Assembly (NCBI RefSeq): GCF_000002075.1
Contig: NW_004797431.1
Span: 256,992 to 320,991 of the forward strand
DNA: 64,000 nucleotides
Direction of reading: 5' to 3'
Origin: Aplysia californica
Lineage: Eukaryota
The notes below the pieces were generated by a model. The model was not told the DNA's origin, made no database searches, and saw nothing but the letters and a program-made list of their open reading frames with translations. Position numbers and translations under genes: made by a program. Of this stretch, positions 13,001 to 26,400 are shown piece after piece (positions within the stretch are counted from its first letter, which is position 1; every line of letters begins with the position of its first letter).

Positions 13001-16000
13001 CTGCGAGAACATCATTATGTTGATGTGCTTCTCTGTACTCAAACAAACAAACAAAGTTGTGTGGATGGCGGTTGCTCTAGCGTGGTTTGCTCCTTCTTTC
13101 CTGTAAAAAATCTATCGTCCTTATCTTTCCTTCTTTTTTTGAGTTTGCTGCTCTCGTATAATGCTTCTAATCTTTGGCACCTACATGACCTAATTGTGTT
13201 GTATTTGCTGTGAAACTTTTACTATTAAACAAAACAAACAAACCTAAAACATAGCTCATGTATCGTGGTCTTGTGTTGGTCCTCAGCTGGTTGCTGTCCT
13301 TCGTGAAGTGAAGTACTTGGAGATCCGGAACAAGGAGGAGATCCCCAACAGTGCCAGTAACATGTACTCCAAGAACGACACCTTCCGGAAGTTTGTAGCC
13401 AACCTGGACCTCACTGTCCAGTGGTACAACAAGGTATGTGACAGAGACTGGGCACATAGAATGACCAATATAAACGCTTTTTGTTGACATAGTGCTCTGT
13501 TGTTGTGGTAATGTTCATAAAGATTATTTATGTAGCAACGGTCTCAATATGGCTGGAGGAACTGAGGGTTATTCACATCCAAATCAGAACTAATTGGTTG
13601 TTTTTTTTAATGTTGTCTCCACCTTACTACCCCCCCCCCCCCTTCTTTTTCTCCCTGTCTTTCTTTCTTTCTTTCTCCCTCCTTCTCTCTCCTTCTCTTT
13701 GTGGCACTACCTGCCTGACTGATTGCCAATCTGTCTGCCTCATTGCCTGTCTGCCTCATTGCCTGTCTGCCTCATTGCCTGGCTGTCTTTTTTCTCTTTC
13801 TTTCCTGCACACTAATACATATACATTCACAGACACATGCACATTCATAATAATCACTTCAGTAAATCATGGCCTGTTTAAAAAGAGTAGCCCCCTCCCC
13901 TCCCCCCCCCCAACCAAGCCAGTACAGTGTACAAAATGAACTTTTTACATATTTGTATAAGATTTGTCATGGCTTTTCAGCAGCTTTCATTTTTTTACAA
14001 CATTCTGTTTGTATTCCTATGAAACCTTTGTTTGCATTTCTGATTACTTGGTTTTATGAATTATGTTTTATATAATTATTAGCAGTATAAATGAAGTGAT
14101 AATGAACCTGCATTTTTTATTAGTTTTGGTAAGGGATAGGGGGAGAGCAGGGGGAGAGGGGGGTGCTAGTCTTGTGTGTCCAGTGTCATCAAGTTATCCT
14201 TATGTTGTAACATCAGGTGCGCAGAACAGTTCTGGAGGTTGAGTATCCACTCATTGAAGGTCAACTGGCCGAGATTGATCAACAGCTGGAGCAGGCAGAG
14301 AAAACTCTGAACTGGGAGAATGAGGGTAAGTCCAGATTGTCTGCCCCTTTTTTGTGTAGAAATGAAGAAAACCAGACAGTGCCTTGCTGTTCTTTCATTT
14401 AATTTTTGTGTGAATTCATGTCTGTCTGAGAGGCAATGATTTTGAAAAAAATATAGCTCCTCCAGTACCTTTTTCCGTTAAAGATATATCTAGAGTTTTC
14501 TTGGACATGCAGCTATTTGTTTAGTAACTGGGAAAGTAAGTAATCAGAAATCTGACTGACTGTAAGACGATTTTAAATGTTTTATGCTTCTATCGAAACA
14601 ATTTAGATCATATTGTCTATGAAGTAGGGTGTGCTTCAACGCTTCCTATCTTTGTTAATTTAGGCTCTCTCTAGTACAACATGTGATTTGTACCACTTTT
14701 CTCTCTTTAACTCATTCGTGGGGGGCAGCGCGGCTAAAGTACCATCAGTACGCTAAGCCACCCCCAGCGGCTCGAGAATCGATCTTCAATTTAAGCTTAG
14801 ATTCTATTCTTATCCACATATCCATGTTGAAATAAAGGTCATAATATAATGTTGACTTCCGGGTCTAGCGTTTCCACTGAAATTCAGAAGTTTTGATTCA
14901 GTTTTGAAAACCAATCTCAAAGTTTATGCGACTTTGTTTTTTCGCGATGCTCAAATTATAGCCCAGACACCAGTCTTACTACTTTTATACAACAAAATAT
15001 ATCGTTATTTTGCACACTAAAAAAATGTAGGACTCTTCTCTAGAATATTGATACAATCAGGCTCAAATTGCCATTGCTTTGTTTTTGGGAAATCAATATT
15101 TTTCAGTGCTATAGATCTAAGTCAAATTATTTTTTTTCTCCCAAAAATCACTATTTTTTTGTGAAATTACACAAAAAGTACCACTCAAGACATGTGTAGG
15201 TTTATTCCAAATACAATTCTGAATAATTCCATATACAATACGAGTGTTTTTTTCTGTTTGTGAATGCATCTTGTCCATTTTTCAAGATTATAAAATTTTT
15301 GTTGTTTTTTTTTCTTTGAGTATGTGATCCAAATGTGCAAATTTTATGGAATGTATATAAATAACTGCAAATTTTTCAATATTTTCCAGTTTTATATTCA
15401 TTTATGGTTATTTTGATGTATCTTTTGACTAGGTGCAAACATATTTTTTGAGTTTCACCGAAGATGATTAATTTTTTATTTTTTCAAATTTTATCCGCAT
15501 CCAAGAAAAATTGTGTTGCATAATCGCCTCCTACAAGAACCAAAGTTGAAAAATATACAAATAAACATTACAGATGTATTCTACAAATCATACTGAAAAT
15601 TTTGGTGCATAACATGTTAATATTTATTTAAATTTGTGGCCCCAAAGACCTTTGAAATGCGCACTAGTCTTCATCTCATTTCGCCTTCCCGAAAAAAATT
15701 TGTCCACAAGCCGAAAATAATACGTAGCGAATAAGATAATAAAGCATGTCTTTTGTGCATCTCCCCTTTCTAGTAAAACATGTGTTGTTAGTTACTTGAC
15801 TCAAACACATACATAACATTTGTACTACTCTTTGTATGGTACTACACATGATTTGTACATCTTCTCACTCTCATGCAACATATGACTTGTACAACTTCTC
15901 TTTCTGGCATAGAGTTTGACTATCACTACTTCTCTCTGTAGGAGTGTGGGACTACATCGAGAAGACCAGGGACCGAGTTTATGACCTCGAGACGCGTGTA

Positions 16001-19000
16001 CAAAAGTCAAAGGACAATGTGGAGGAGATCAAGAAGATTATGACGACATGGTCAAAAACACCACTGTTTGAGAGGAAGGAAGACAAACACGACTGTCTTC
16101 TGCAGTTGGACGATAGGGAAGATCGTATCAACAAACGCTACAACGAAATCAAGGCTGCCGGTGACAAAGTCCATGAACTAGTCAAGGTGAGTACTTTTTA
16201 CACATCATTGTGTTGTTTCACATAGTAAGGTATGGGTTAGTTGCTGCTAATTAAGTTTAATAGATGCACTTAGCCTGAAATGTTCATGTCCATCCTTGAG
16301 AGGATGGAGTCAAGTGACTGGGGAACCATGAAAAATCCTCACACACTCCAAGTGCAACAATACCCTACTGAATACACAAACCAAGCTTATTTACCTTGCA
16401 TTTGTGGCATGGTGTCACTGACTTGAACATGCAGAGTGGCATAGGTTATGATATTATAACTTGATGATTATGTTAGTATTCATCTAGCTACGTGCAGCCT
16501 TTTCAATGCTTCATACCAACAGGATCAGATCAGATCAGACAGATTTTCTTATTTTTATTTTCTACTGACAAGAGTTTTCAGAGGTCTCATGACTAATCCT
16601 TTATTTTATTTTGATTGTTTTAGAGACGAAAAGGATCTTTAAAAAGGTGTTATTATGCTCAAAGAATGTAAATAAAAGTTCTGTTATTTCTTACTTTTGT
16701 CATTTTGTTGTTGTAGCTGTTGTTTTGTTTTTAATTTTATCCCAGGCTGTGAAAACTTTCTCCCTGTACAGCCAAAGTTGACTGATAAAGTCCCTATCTC
16801 CTGTTTTGAGGTTCCAGGGTTCAGAGAAGGTGTTGCCAGTTTTTCATTTTCGGGGTACAAGTTTCTTTGTTACTACTTGAGTCAAATCATTTTTTTTTTT
16901 AATGGACCGTCTTTCTCCTTTTTATCCAGCTAAATCTAGAGTTCTTCAAAGCAGACAAGAGCACAGACATCTGGAAGGCATATGTGGATTACATTGATGA
17001 GATGGTGGTGGATGGATTCTTCAACACCATCCGATGTAGTTTACAGTTTATGCTCACTCACACAGGTCAGTGAAGTGAATTGTTAATGAAGGTCTTTGAC
17101 AGCACCACCACACTCCCCACCCCCAACTCTTACACTCCATTGTTCTTCCCTCTCTCCCGCATCCTTTTGTTTTTTGGGGAGGTTTTACTCTATCTCAGGC
17201 TGTGCCCTATTCGGCTGATGTTTCAACTGCTGGTGTAATGATCGTGAAAGGGGTTGACAATTGTCACGTACTTTGAATTTCTTTTCATTTACCTGAGACA
17301 ACTTCTTTGTCTTGTAATGCTTTTTTTCTCTCTTCATATTACTGGGGTATTTACTCTTTCATTTTTGAAAAAAAGAAAAGAAAACCCCATTTTCGAGCAG
17401 GCAGTTGGAGGGTGCTACTGGTAGATCCAACTTCTCTCTTGCCCTTTGTTGTTTCTGTCTCATCATTTATGCTTTTTCCCAGCACTAAAGGACCATTAGG
17501 GTGTTGTTATGTTTATCTTTACTCAAACAAACAAACATCCAGAACTTTTGGCCAAAAATGTTTTTAAAAAGGCGAAGCACATACACTTGATGTTGTGAAA
17601 ATAATGATTAATGATGATATTAATGTTCTTATTAAGTGTGATATTATGATACCTCCGCTGTATTGCTTGATATTTACTAAATAGCCTCACGTCAAGATGA
17701 ATACATAGTTTATTGATAAGTCTTACAATCTTTTGACACTTTTCAAAGCTGTTTCTTCACGACAGGCAAAGCATTTTGTTTGACTTTCCTCCTGGTGTTG
17801 ATTACCAGATGCCAAACTGACCCAAGGGCCATTGTTTGAAGCCAAGTTGGAGCTGCACGTGCCAGAGATGGTGTTCCTTCCTTCCCTGGACTTCGGTGTT
17901 GCAGATGGCTACTACGATGAAGTAGACGGTCTGGTGGGAGACATCTACAAGCAGTCTTCGCTCATCCCTCGGCTCGCGGAGCACTCTGGTCAGCAGCATT
18001 ACCAGGTACGGTTCATGCCTGCTGCCTCTGAGCAGAAATTTTGGAGGGAGAGAGTTAATTATTTGAGTGGGGGGAGGGGGCCTTTTTTCTAATTATTGAT
18101 ACAAAGCACCTTTCTTCTCAGAATGGTTGAAAGCAGTTGGAGATGTGAATACACCTCTGCTGCCTCTGAGCAAACTTTTGCTTGTTTATTTTTCTGTTTT
18201 TTGCTTTTTGAAAGATAAATAATTCAAAGCACCTTTATTCTCACTCTAGTTGAAAGTAGTTTGAGACGTGAATGCATTAATCTACCTTGGAAGACATCAG
18301 TTTCAAGTACACATTTGTTATTCTGTCTGTTTGTGTCTTTAATCTTCTGTGGAAGACTTCAGTTCAAAGTATACATGTGTCTTTTTGTCTGTGTCTGTCC
18401 CCAGCCCGATTTGGAGGACATGGAAGAGCTGAGTGAGATGAGGCAGGAGCTGATGGACCGAGTGCAGAACATCATGAACAAAGCTTGCGAGTACCGCAAC
18501 TCCTTCGACAACTACGCCTATCTGTGGGTGGATGACCGCAATGAGTTTATGCGACAGTTCCTTCTGTACAACCACGTGCTCACCACTGAGGAGATTGAGG
18601 CTCATGCTGACGAGGGTGTACCAGAGAGCCCACCAACACTGGCACAGTTCAAGGACCAGGTAAGGCCAGGGGAAATTGTGACATCTTAGACGTTTTAGCT
18701 CTCACCTGCAAAATTGGTGGTAAACAAGGCAGGGGTACACCCAGAGCTACTAACTTGGAGAGCCTAAACAGATGGATGATGGGGGGAAGGTCAGGATAAT
18801 CTAGCTTTTTTTTAGACCATCCAAGCAAAAGAATGAGTAGAGAGCCATGGGTACTGATGACTGCCAATAATGATGAGACATGTTAGTACACATGAGTATG
18901 ACATCATGAACATTGAGTTGTAATCATGACCTTGACACCTTACTCCCTGCTCTATATTTCTTCTTATGTGCGTGCAGATGTGAATCATCAATAGGAATCA

Positions 19001-20405
19001 AAGTATAAACCCTATGGACCAGAGTGCATACCTGAACATAATAACTTTACCTTTCTGTGCACCTAATGCATGCTTCAGTATGTGGTGGTACAAATGTAGT
19101 TATCGTCCCAAGAGGACTCAGGTATACAGGACCTGTATGGCTTAGGGAACCTGGGCTCAGAAGGTTTACAGTGAGCATTACAGCCATTGCATTATGAATA
19201 CTCTGGTCTGGACAGTGTTTTGAACTAGGCTTTTTGAATATAGTAATACTAGCTCGGCCCCCTTTTGATGAAAGGAATGATCGGTGCATTAACATCTACT
19301 GAATATCATTGGTCTACTATATTTACACACTACTGGAATGGAGCAATAAATCTTGAGAGAAAAGTGACACATGTGTTTCCAAGTTGCCAAATATATAATA
19401 GATGTATAAATTGATTCTCTATTCCGCTTTTGTGGTTGTAAAGAAGCATGTTGATTGTTCCCAGTAGCAAGAAATAGAATTTGACAAAGGATTCCAGAAA
19501 AACGATGATGGGCATCAAACGAAAGGATCACAGTCGAATTTAGCACCAAGTAAAAAAGGAAAACCTGAGGCTAGTTCTATACGAGTCGCACACCTAAAAT
19601 AGTGCTCAGTATTGCACGACAATGCGCGATAGTATCGAACGGAAGTACGACTTGAAATACAAACCTGGCAGATTTTCTAAAATGACAGAGACAGAAGCGT
19701 CGGCCTACAAAAGCGATCGGCGAAATAAAGAAATTTAGCTTTTTGCAGCAAAACTGTCTCAAAACTGGAAAAAACTAAAAGCGTCAGGATCTGGAGAATA
19801 TTTTAAAGAATCTTTTGGCGAAAACCGCATGTCGATCAAGGCTGCCATTAAAAAGCCTTTTGAATAGCAAAATTCGGCCACCACAAATAGATAATAGATG
19901 AAGATGGTTGTGTCGAGTTATAAACCTAGCTGTATTAGTGCAGTATTGTGAACATGAAGATGTGAATACAATGTTATAAACATAATGTTTAGAACATGAG
20001 GAGGGTGTGTGTAAAGTGAGTGAGACAGAGCAGGGGAGGGGCGTGCAGGCTATTTCTTTTATACAAAAGGAAACAGTACTTGCTTTTATTTTGTTTGAAG
20101 TAATCTGTGGACTTTTATGTAATTATAATAAACTAAACTTATATTTTGTATATGAAAAGAAAATGCATCTTTTTTTTCATCATCTTGCATTGTCTGTTGT
20201 TTCCATCAGATTGATACCTATGAGAAGATCTATGAGGATGCAGTCCACATTCAGGACACAGAGTTGTTTGAGCACTGGTTCCGTGTGGATGCCAAACCCT
20301 TCAAACTGTCCTTGCTGAACATCATCAAACGCTGGAGCTTCATGTTCAAACAGCATCTCATCGATCATGTGACCAACAGGTGAGTGATGGCAGAGGGTGG
20401 TTATG

Positions 20406-20498
<93 letters not shown>

Positions 20499-23400
20499 TT
20501 TTTTTAAAATCCCCTCCTTCCTTCTTGTTTCTGCTATTGGTAGGTGTTCTGATGTCCCTTTTCTCCTTCTGGTTTTTTTTGTTTGTTACTGTTGTTCTAT
20601 TATTGTCTGAGTCACCATCAGCAACAACTTATGTCTCTCTCTAAACCCAGTGTGGTCAAGTGTGTGGCTTCGAGAAGACCAGATGAAAAGTACAAGTGGT
20701 TTATATTGTGACATGTTGAAAATAGATATTAAACTTCAGTTCAATCACAAATTATGTTTCAAGAAATATTTGATGATAAACGACTTCTAAATCCTAATTT
20801 CGACAGATTTTGCTCAAATGCTATTCAAAACATTTTTAAATAAGTTATATTGAGGACACACAGCAGAATACTTTGAACTGTTTGCTCCAGCAGACTGACA
20901 TTAATTTCCAAGCCTAATGTAACATACCAAACTAAAGAAAAGGAAATTACCTTACTTGGGAAACTCAGTGTATGTGAATATTATAACAGCAGAAATGACT
21001 GAAGAACAACAACACACCTTTTGTTCTACTCTTAATGTGGCTTCACAATGAAAAATACTCAAATGTGTTTTCTCAAGGTGTGTCTTTCACAGCCCCTTGT
21101 TGTTTTGAAATCCTATAACTTTTTTAAAAACGATCCAGTTGCATCCAGATAAAGTGCTTATAAGAAATAATAGGTAGTCTCTATATAGTGCTCTATCTTG
21201 TTATGAAAAGAGCTCTGAGCGCCTAAGACAGAATGAGCTTTTCGAATAAGTAAAAATGCCAATTAGAAAATTTCCACCTACCAAATGGTTTCCTCAGAGC
21301 CACACATGTTCATGTAATCATCACTTCTTTAGCTTGAATGTGGCCCACAAGAGGAACAAATGGGAATCAAGATCTAATAAACAAGAAAAAGGAAATACAT
21401 TTTTGTCAACCACAAAATTTCTCTAAGAAGACACACTTGGGACCCCTTATCCACAGCCTGAACAACCTGACAGAGTTCATCAAGACAACAGACTCAGGCT
21501 TGCAGAAAGAGGTTGAGGATGGCGATTACAACGGCCTTGTAGAGGTCATGGGCCACTTGTTTGCTGTAAGGGAGAGGCAGCAGAGCACTGATGACATGTT
21601 TGAACCACTCAAGCAGACCATTGAACTGCTCAAAACTTATGATCAGGAGATGCCGGATGAAGTCCATGTTCAGCTGCAAGTACGTGTATCCCTTAGTGCT
21701 GTCACTTGTTTGTTCTTCTACATTTATTTAGCCATAACCTCAATGCAATAACATAACTTCATCAGGGACTGGCTGTGGGGGATGGGGAGGGGAAAAGTGG
21801 AATAAGTCAAATTATACTTGTCCCACTAAAAATCAAAGTTCCTACCCCCTTGTAATGATAGAACCGTGACATGAAAAGGTAGAAGAATAATGATTTTGCT
21901 TTTTTACTGTACCATGTGTAATCAATATAGCTATAGTAATATTTCTCTGTTTGACCTAACTGCTTATATATAAGAGGTAGAACTGCCTCTCTTGCTGAAC
22001 AGTCTGTGAGTGAAACCAGACTCTCATAGTGTGAGATGAAGCAGCAAAGTGTTTATTTGTTAAAGGCTTAAGTCTCACGGGTGCTAGTTTTTGCCTTGTA
22101 TTCATTCTGACTGAGGGTTAATATCCATTTGATAGTACACATGCTCATTAACTCTTATGAGATATGGAAAGTAATATTAACCATCTTCTTTTACCAAGTT
22201 ATAATCTCGGCAAATTCTATGGTATGCAAATCTTTAAAAAACGTTCAGTCTTGTGTAAGTCTTCTTATCTAAAAATAAGCCCCTTCTATAGCAAGGGCCA
22301 CATAGCTTATTGTATCGGACCCACATTGCTTATTGTCACACGTCTATGCAGGAGTTGCCAGAGCAGTGGAACAACACTAAGAAGATCAGCATCACAGTCA
22401 AGCAACAGGTGGCCCCTCTACTGGCCAATGAGGTGACAAACATTCGCAAGAAGAGTGCCACATTCGACACCAGCCAGCACAAGTTCAGGGAAAAGTTCCG
22501 TGCCATTCCACCATTCAGATACGAGTGTGAGAAGCCATACGACCATCTGGACAGGGTATGTATGTGCTTACCAAGATGAAGCAATTAGAAATGGGAGCTT
22601 GTGTGTTAAGCTTGTACGAAGGGCTGAGATGTTTCGTGTCTGTTACCGCAGCAGAATGAAATAATTTCTCTCACCTTAATCATCGATAAGTATTTTTATG
22701 ACACAAAACAGTGAAAACTTTAAGAAATATTTTAAAGTATTGGTTGGTACTTTGTTTGCTCTTTTTTCATGTTTCCATTTCTTCTGATTCTGGTTATTGT
22801 ATAGGTTTCACACCCTTTTCAACCCTGTAAGGTTATTTAAGAGGTAGGACCTCTGAATTTTATGTCCATCTCTATACAGAGCCTAATGAGTTTTTGTTAT
22901 ATTCTGTCATTTCAAAAGTCCTTGATATCGTCCACAGTATCATGAAGAAATCAAGTCAATGGAGCAGGACATGGCTCTCCTTATGGAGTCTGCGAGTCTG
23001 TTTGAGGTGAATATTCCAGACTTCAAGCAGTTGAAACAGTGCCGCAAGGAGATCAAACTTCTGAAGACACTGTGGGACTACATCATCATTGTACGCAGCA
23101 GCATCGATGACTGGAAGACAACACCATGGAAGGCAATCAATGTGGAGCAGATGGATTTGGACTGTAAGAAGTTCTCCAAGGACATCCGTGCCTTGGACAA
23201 GGAGATGCGTGCCTGGGATGCATACATCGGACTGGAGAATGTGGTCAAGAACATGTTGACCTCACTGAGAGCGGTCAGTGAGCTGCAGAACCCAGCCATC
23301 AGAGACAGACATTGGCAGCAACTCATGGCTGCCACTAAGGTAAGCACACTTTTCTGTGGAGGAGATTAGTACAGGAAACAGGTGTACACATTTGCAGAAA

Positions 23401-26400
23401 TACATATTTATGGTCACCACAGTGATATTGAAAAGTCATTTCAACACATAAATAAACTGCAATGAATGAGCCCAATGCGCACATGGTGCAATTACATCAC
23501 TACGAATACCCCCAAGGTGAGCAGGCATTCTGTAACCCTTTTCATACCATGAATTATCAGTGCATTGTTTAAGTGTAAAGAAGTCTATATATCGACACTT
23601 GGTACAGAAAGAATGAACACACTGACGGACTGTAGTAAGTAAATTAATACACACATGAAATAAATATACTATCGTGTGTAACAGTAATCAGAACAAAAGA
23701 GTGGTGCTTGAGTAGGTTGACTGCTCCAATTGAATTTTCAATCTAAAAACATGTATTCTAATAACTTTATAAAGGTTTGCAAAATAAAAAACTTGAAGCG
23801 CACTAGTGCAAAGCTGCTTTCGTGTATGATAATTTCAACAATTTAATGTTCTGTCTTTTGGTATTCTTCTGTAAGAAGTATGCTTCTGTAAGAAAGTTCC
23901 TCTATTCCACTGCTTATAACTTTCCACTGCGCTACTTGTGACAAAAATCAAATTTCCATGAAACAGTCTGCTAATTGACAATTTGTAGTGATTCAGGTTC
24001 TTTGTGTGTCTCTTCTCATAATGTATCTCCATCTGTCATCTATCATTTTTTATCCCTGTCTGACATCTCTTCTCTTCTCCAGGTGAAGTTTGTGATGGAC
24101 GACAACACGACACTGGCCGACTTGTTGAACCTGAACCTCCACAACTATGAGGACGAGGTCCGAACCATTGTGGACAAAGCAGTGAAGGAGATGAGCATGG
24201 AGAAGGTGCTAAAAGAGCTGGACAGCACATGGTCAACCATGGAGTTTGAACATGAAAAACACCCACGCACCGGCATCACCATCATCAAGACATCTGAGGA
24301 GCTCATTGAGACACTTGAGGACAACCAGGCAAGTCCTCTTGAGTTTGAGTAAAGATAAGCTCATCAACACAATAAAGGTCGTTCAGTGCAGGGAAGATAG
24401 ACAATAACATCAGAGGGTTAGAAAAGAAGTAGGACTTAGCAGTGGCGCCCTCCAACCACATTTAGTGGGAGAAAGATAGACTATAACAACAGAGGTAAAA
24501 AAAGAGAAGTCGGACATACCAGTAGTGCCCACCAAACACCCACTGATCTCTTTTTTCTGTGTGCTTTATGAGCCTCAGTGTCATGCAAGCCGAGTGTGAC
24601 AAACAAGGTTTTCGTGCAAGAGTTTACCCTTAGATTCCCTTCATTTTGCTTTATTCTTCAAGATTAGTGCACAGTATGTCTATTGTCTTTTGAGAGAATT
24701 GCTTGTCTATATGCTCATTCAGATTTTGGAGTATGATTTGTTTCTTACTTAGGTTGATTTGTTATTAGATGAAATGGAAAGTGTTCGTGTTCAATAATTT
24801 TTTAGCCTTGTTTTTTGCTTTTTAAAGACTTATCGCTTCCTCGTCCCTGCCTGTGTTTTAACTAAATTTGTTTTTCAGAATCAATTATTATGTTACTATT
24901 AATGAGCAGGTTAGATATCCTCCTAAAGCACACTATTCATAACATCACTGTGCTCTCCAGGTGCAACTGCAAAACATGATGACATCTAAGTACATCGCTC
25001 ACTTCCTGCAAGAAGTGTCCATGTGGCAGAAGAAGCTGTCCACCGCTGACCAGGTCATCTCCATCTACATGGAGGTACAGCGAACATGGTCCCATCTGGA
25101 GTCCATCTTCATTGGCTCAGAGGACATCAGAAAGCAGCTTCCGGAGGACTCCAAGCGTTTTGACAACATTGACACCGACTTCAAGGTACAGTTGTCCTAC
25201 TTTGGCTGGGAAGAGGCACTTATGCTCGCAGACAAAAATTTTACCTTGTTAGGATAAAACTATTCTTAATGTCAAGTCATCACTGCTTTTGAATACACCG
25301 TGTGAACATGTATTGTGAGCTATTCTGCTTACTTCTGACATGACTTGTTAATTATTCTTGGAAAATGCTCCAAGGTAAAATAGATATTCTGCTTGGGAAA
25401 ATCAAACTAGTTTTTTTTATTTCTGTGACATTTTAATTTGCATACTTTTGTCAATAAATGTGTTCAAGATTTTTTGTATCTCATCATTATAAAGTTGCTA
25501 AAAGTTTTCCCCAGATAAAGCAAGTGTTTTTGTATATCATGATCACCATCATCATCATAAAGATGCAGACATTGGCAATCATGGTTAACCAAAGATTTAT
25601 TTTCTTGGATATTCTCAAAATATCCGTTTTATCATGGTCTTTCCTTGACACCCATCCTTTAAGGTTTTGTAAGTAAATTGCTCTGGGTCTACCCGTACCT
25701 TATTTGCCTTCCATTTTTCATGTGAGTTCAAGATGTTCAAGAGTCGCAGAAACTGCATTTTTCTCTTCCTAATCGTTTTTATTCTTTTCACTGTTTGTGG
25801 TAGTCTGGTGACCTAACTTATCCTAGTGTAACTCCTCTTTAAATCTGCCTTGTACTCTCCCTCTCAGATTCTTTTCCTGTCTAGCTTTTCCCAAATTTTA
25901 GATAGTTCATCAAGTCCAGGTTTATCAAAAGCCTTTGAATAATGAGTGAAACACAAATACAGATCTTTCTGTGCTTCAATATATTTGTCCATTAACATTG
26001 TTAATCATCCATGATTTTTGTATTTCAGGAGTTGGTCAGTCAGGTAGAGAAAACAACCAATGTGGTAGACTCCACCAACCAACCCAACCTGTTTGAAAAA
26101 TTGGAGGGCCTGCAGGACCAACTGGCACTTTGTGAGAAAGCCTTGGCTGAGTATCTTGAGACCAAGCGTCTTGCCTTCCCCAGGTTCTACTTCGTGTCGT
26201 CTGCTGATCTGTTGGACATCCTGTCCAACGGAAATGACCCTGTCACGGTACGTTAACTACTTGTGAAACCAACATGAAGAACTGAACATGTAGTTGCTCT
26301 CTCCTTGAGAAGAGCATTTAAGATGTCTTTGACCTCCATATTCATCTTGATGTTATCACCCGAGCAGTTTTTTGTCCTCTTTCACTGTCCTGAAGATGAT

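Noticed and set aside
20380-20644. ER/RE dipeptide-repeat ORFs
   Set aside because: They are translations of the (GA)n microsatellite.
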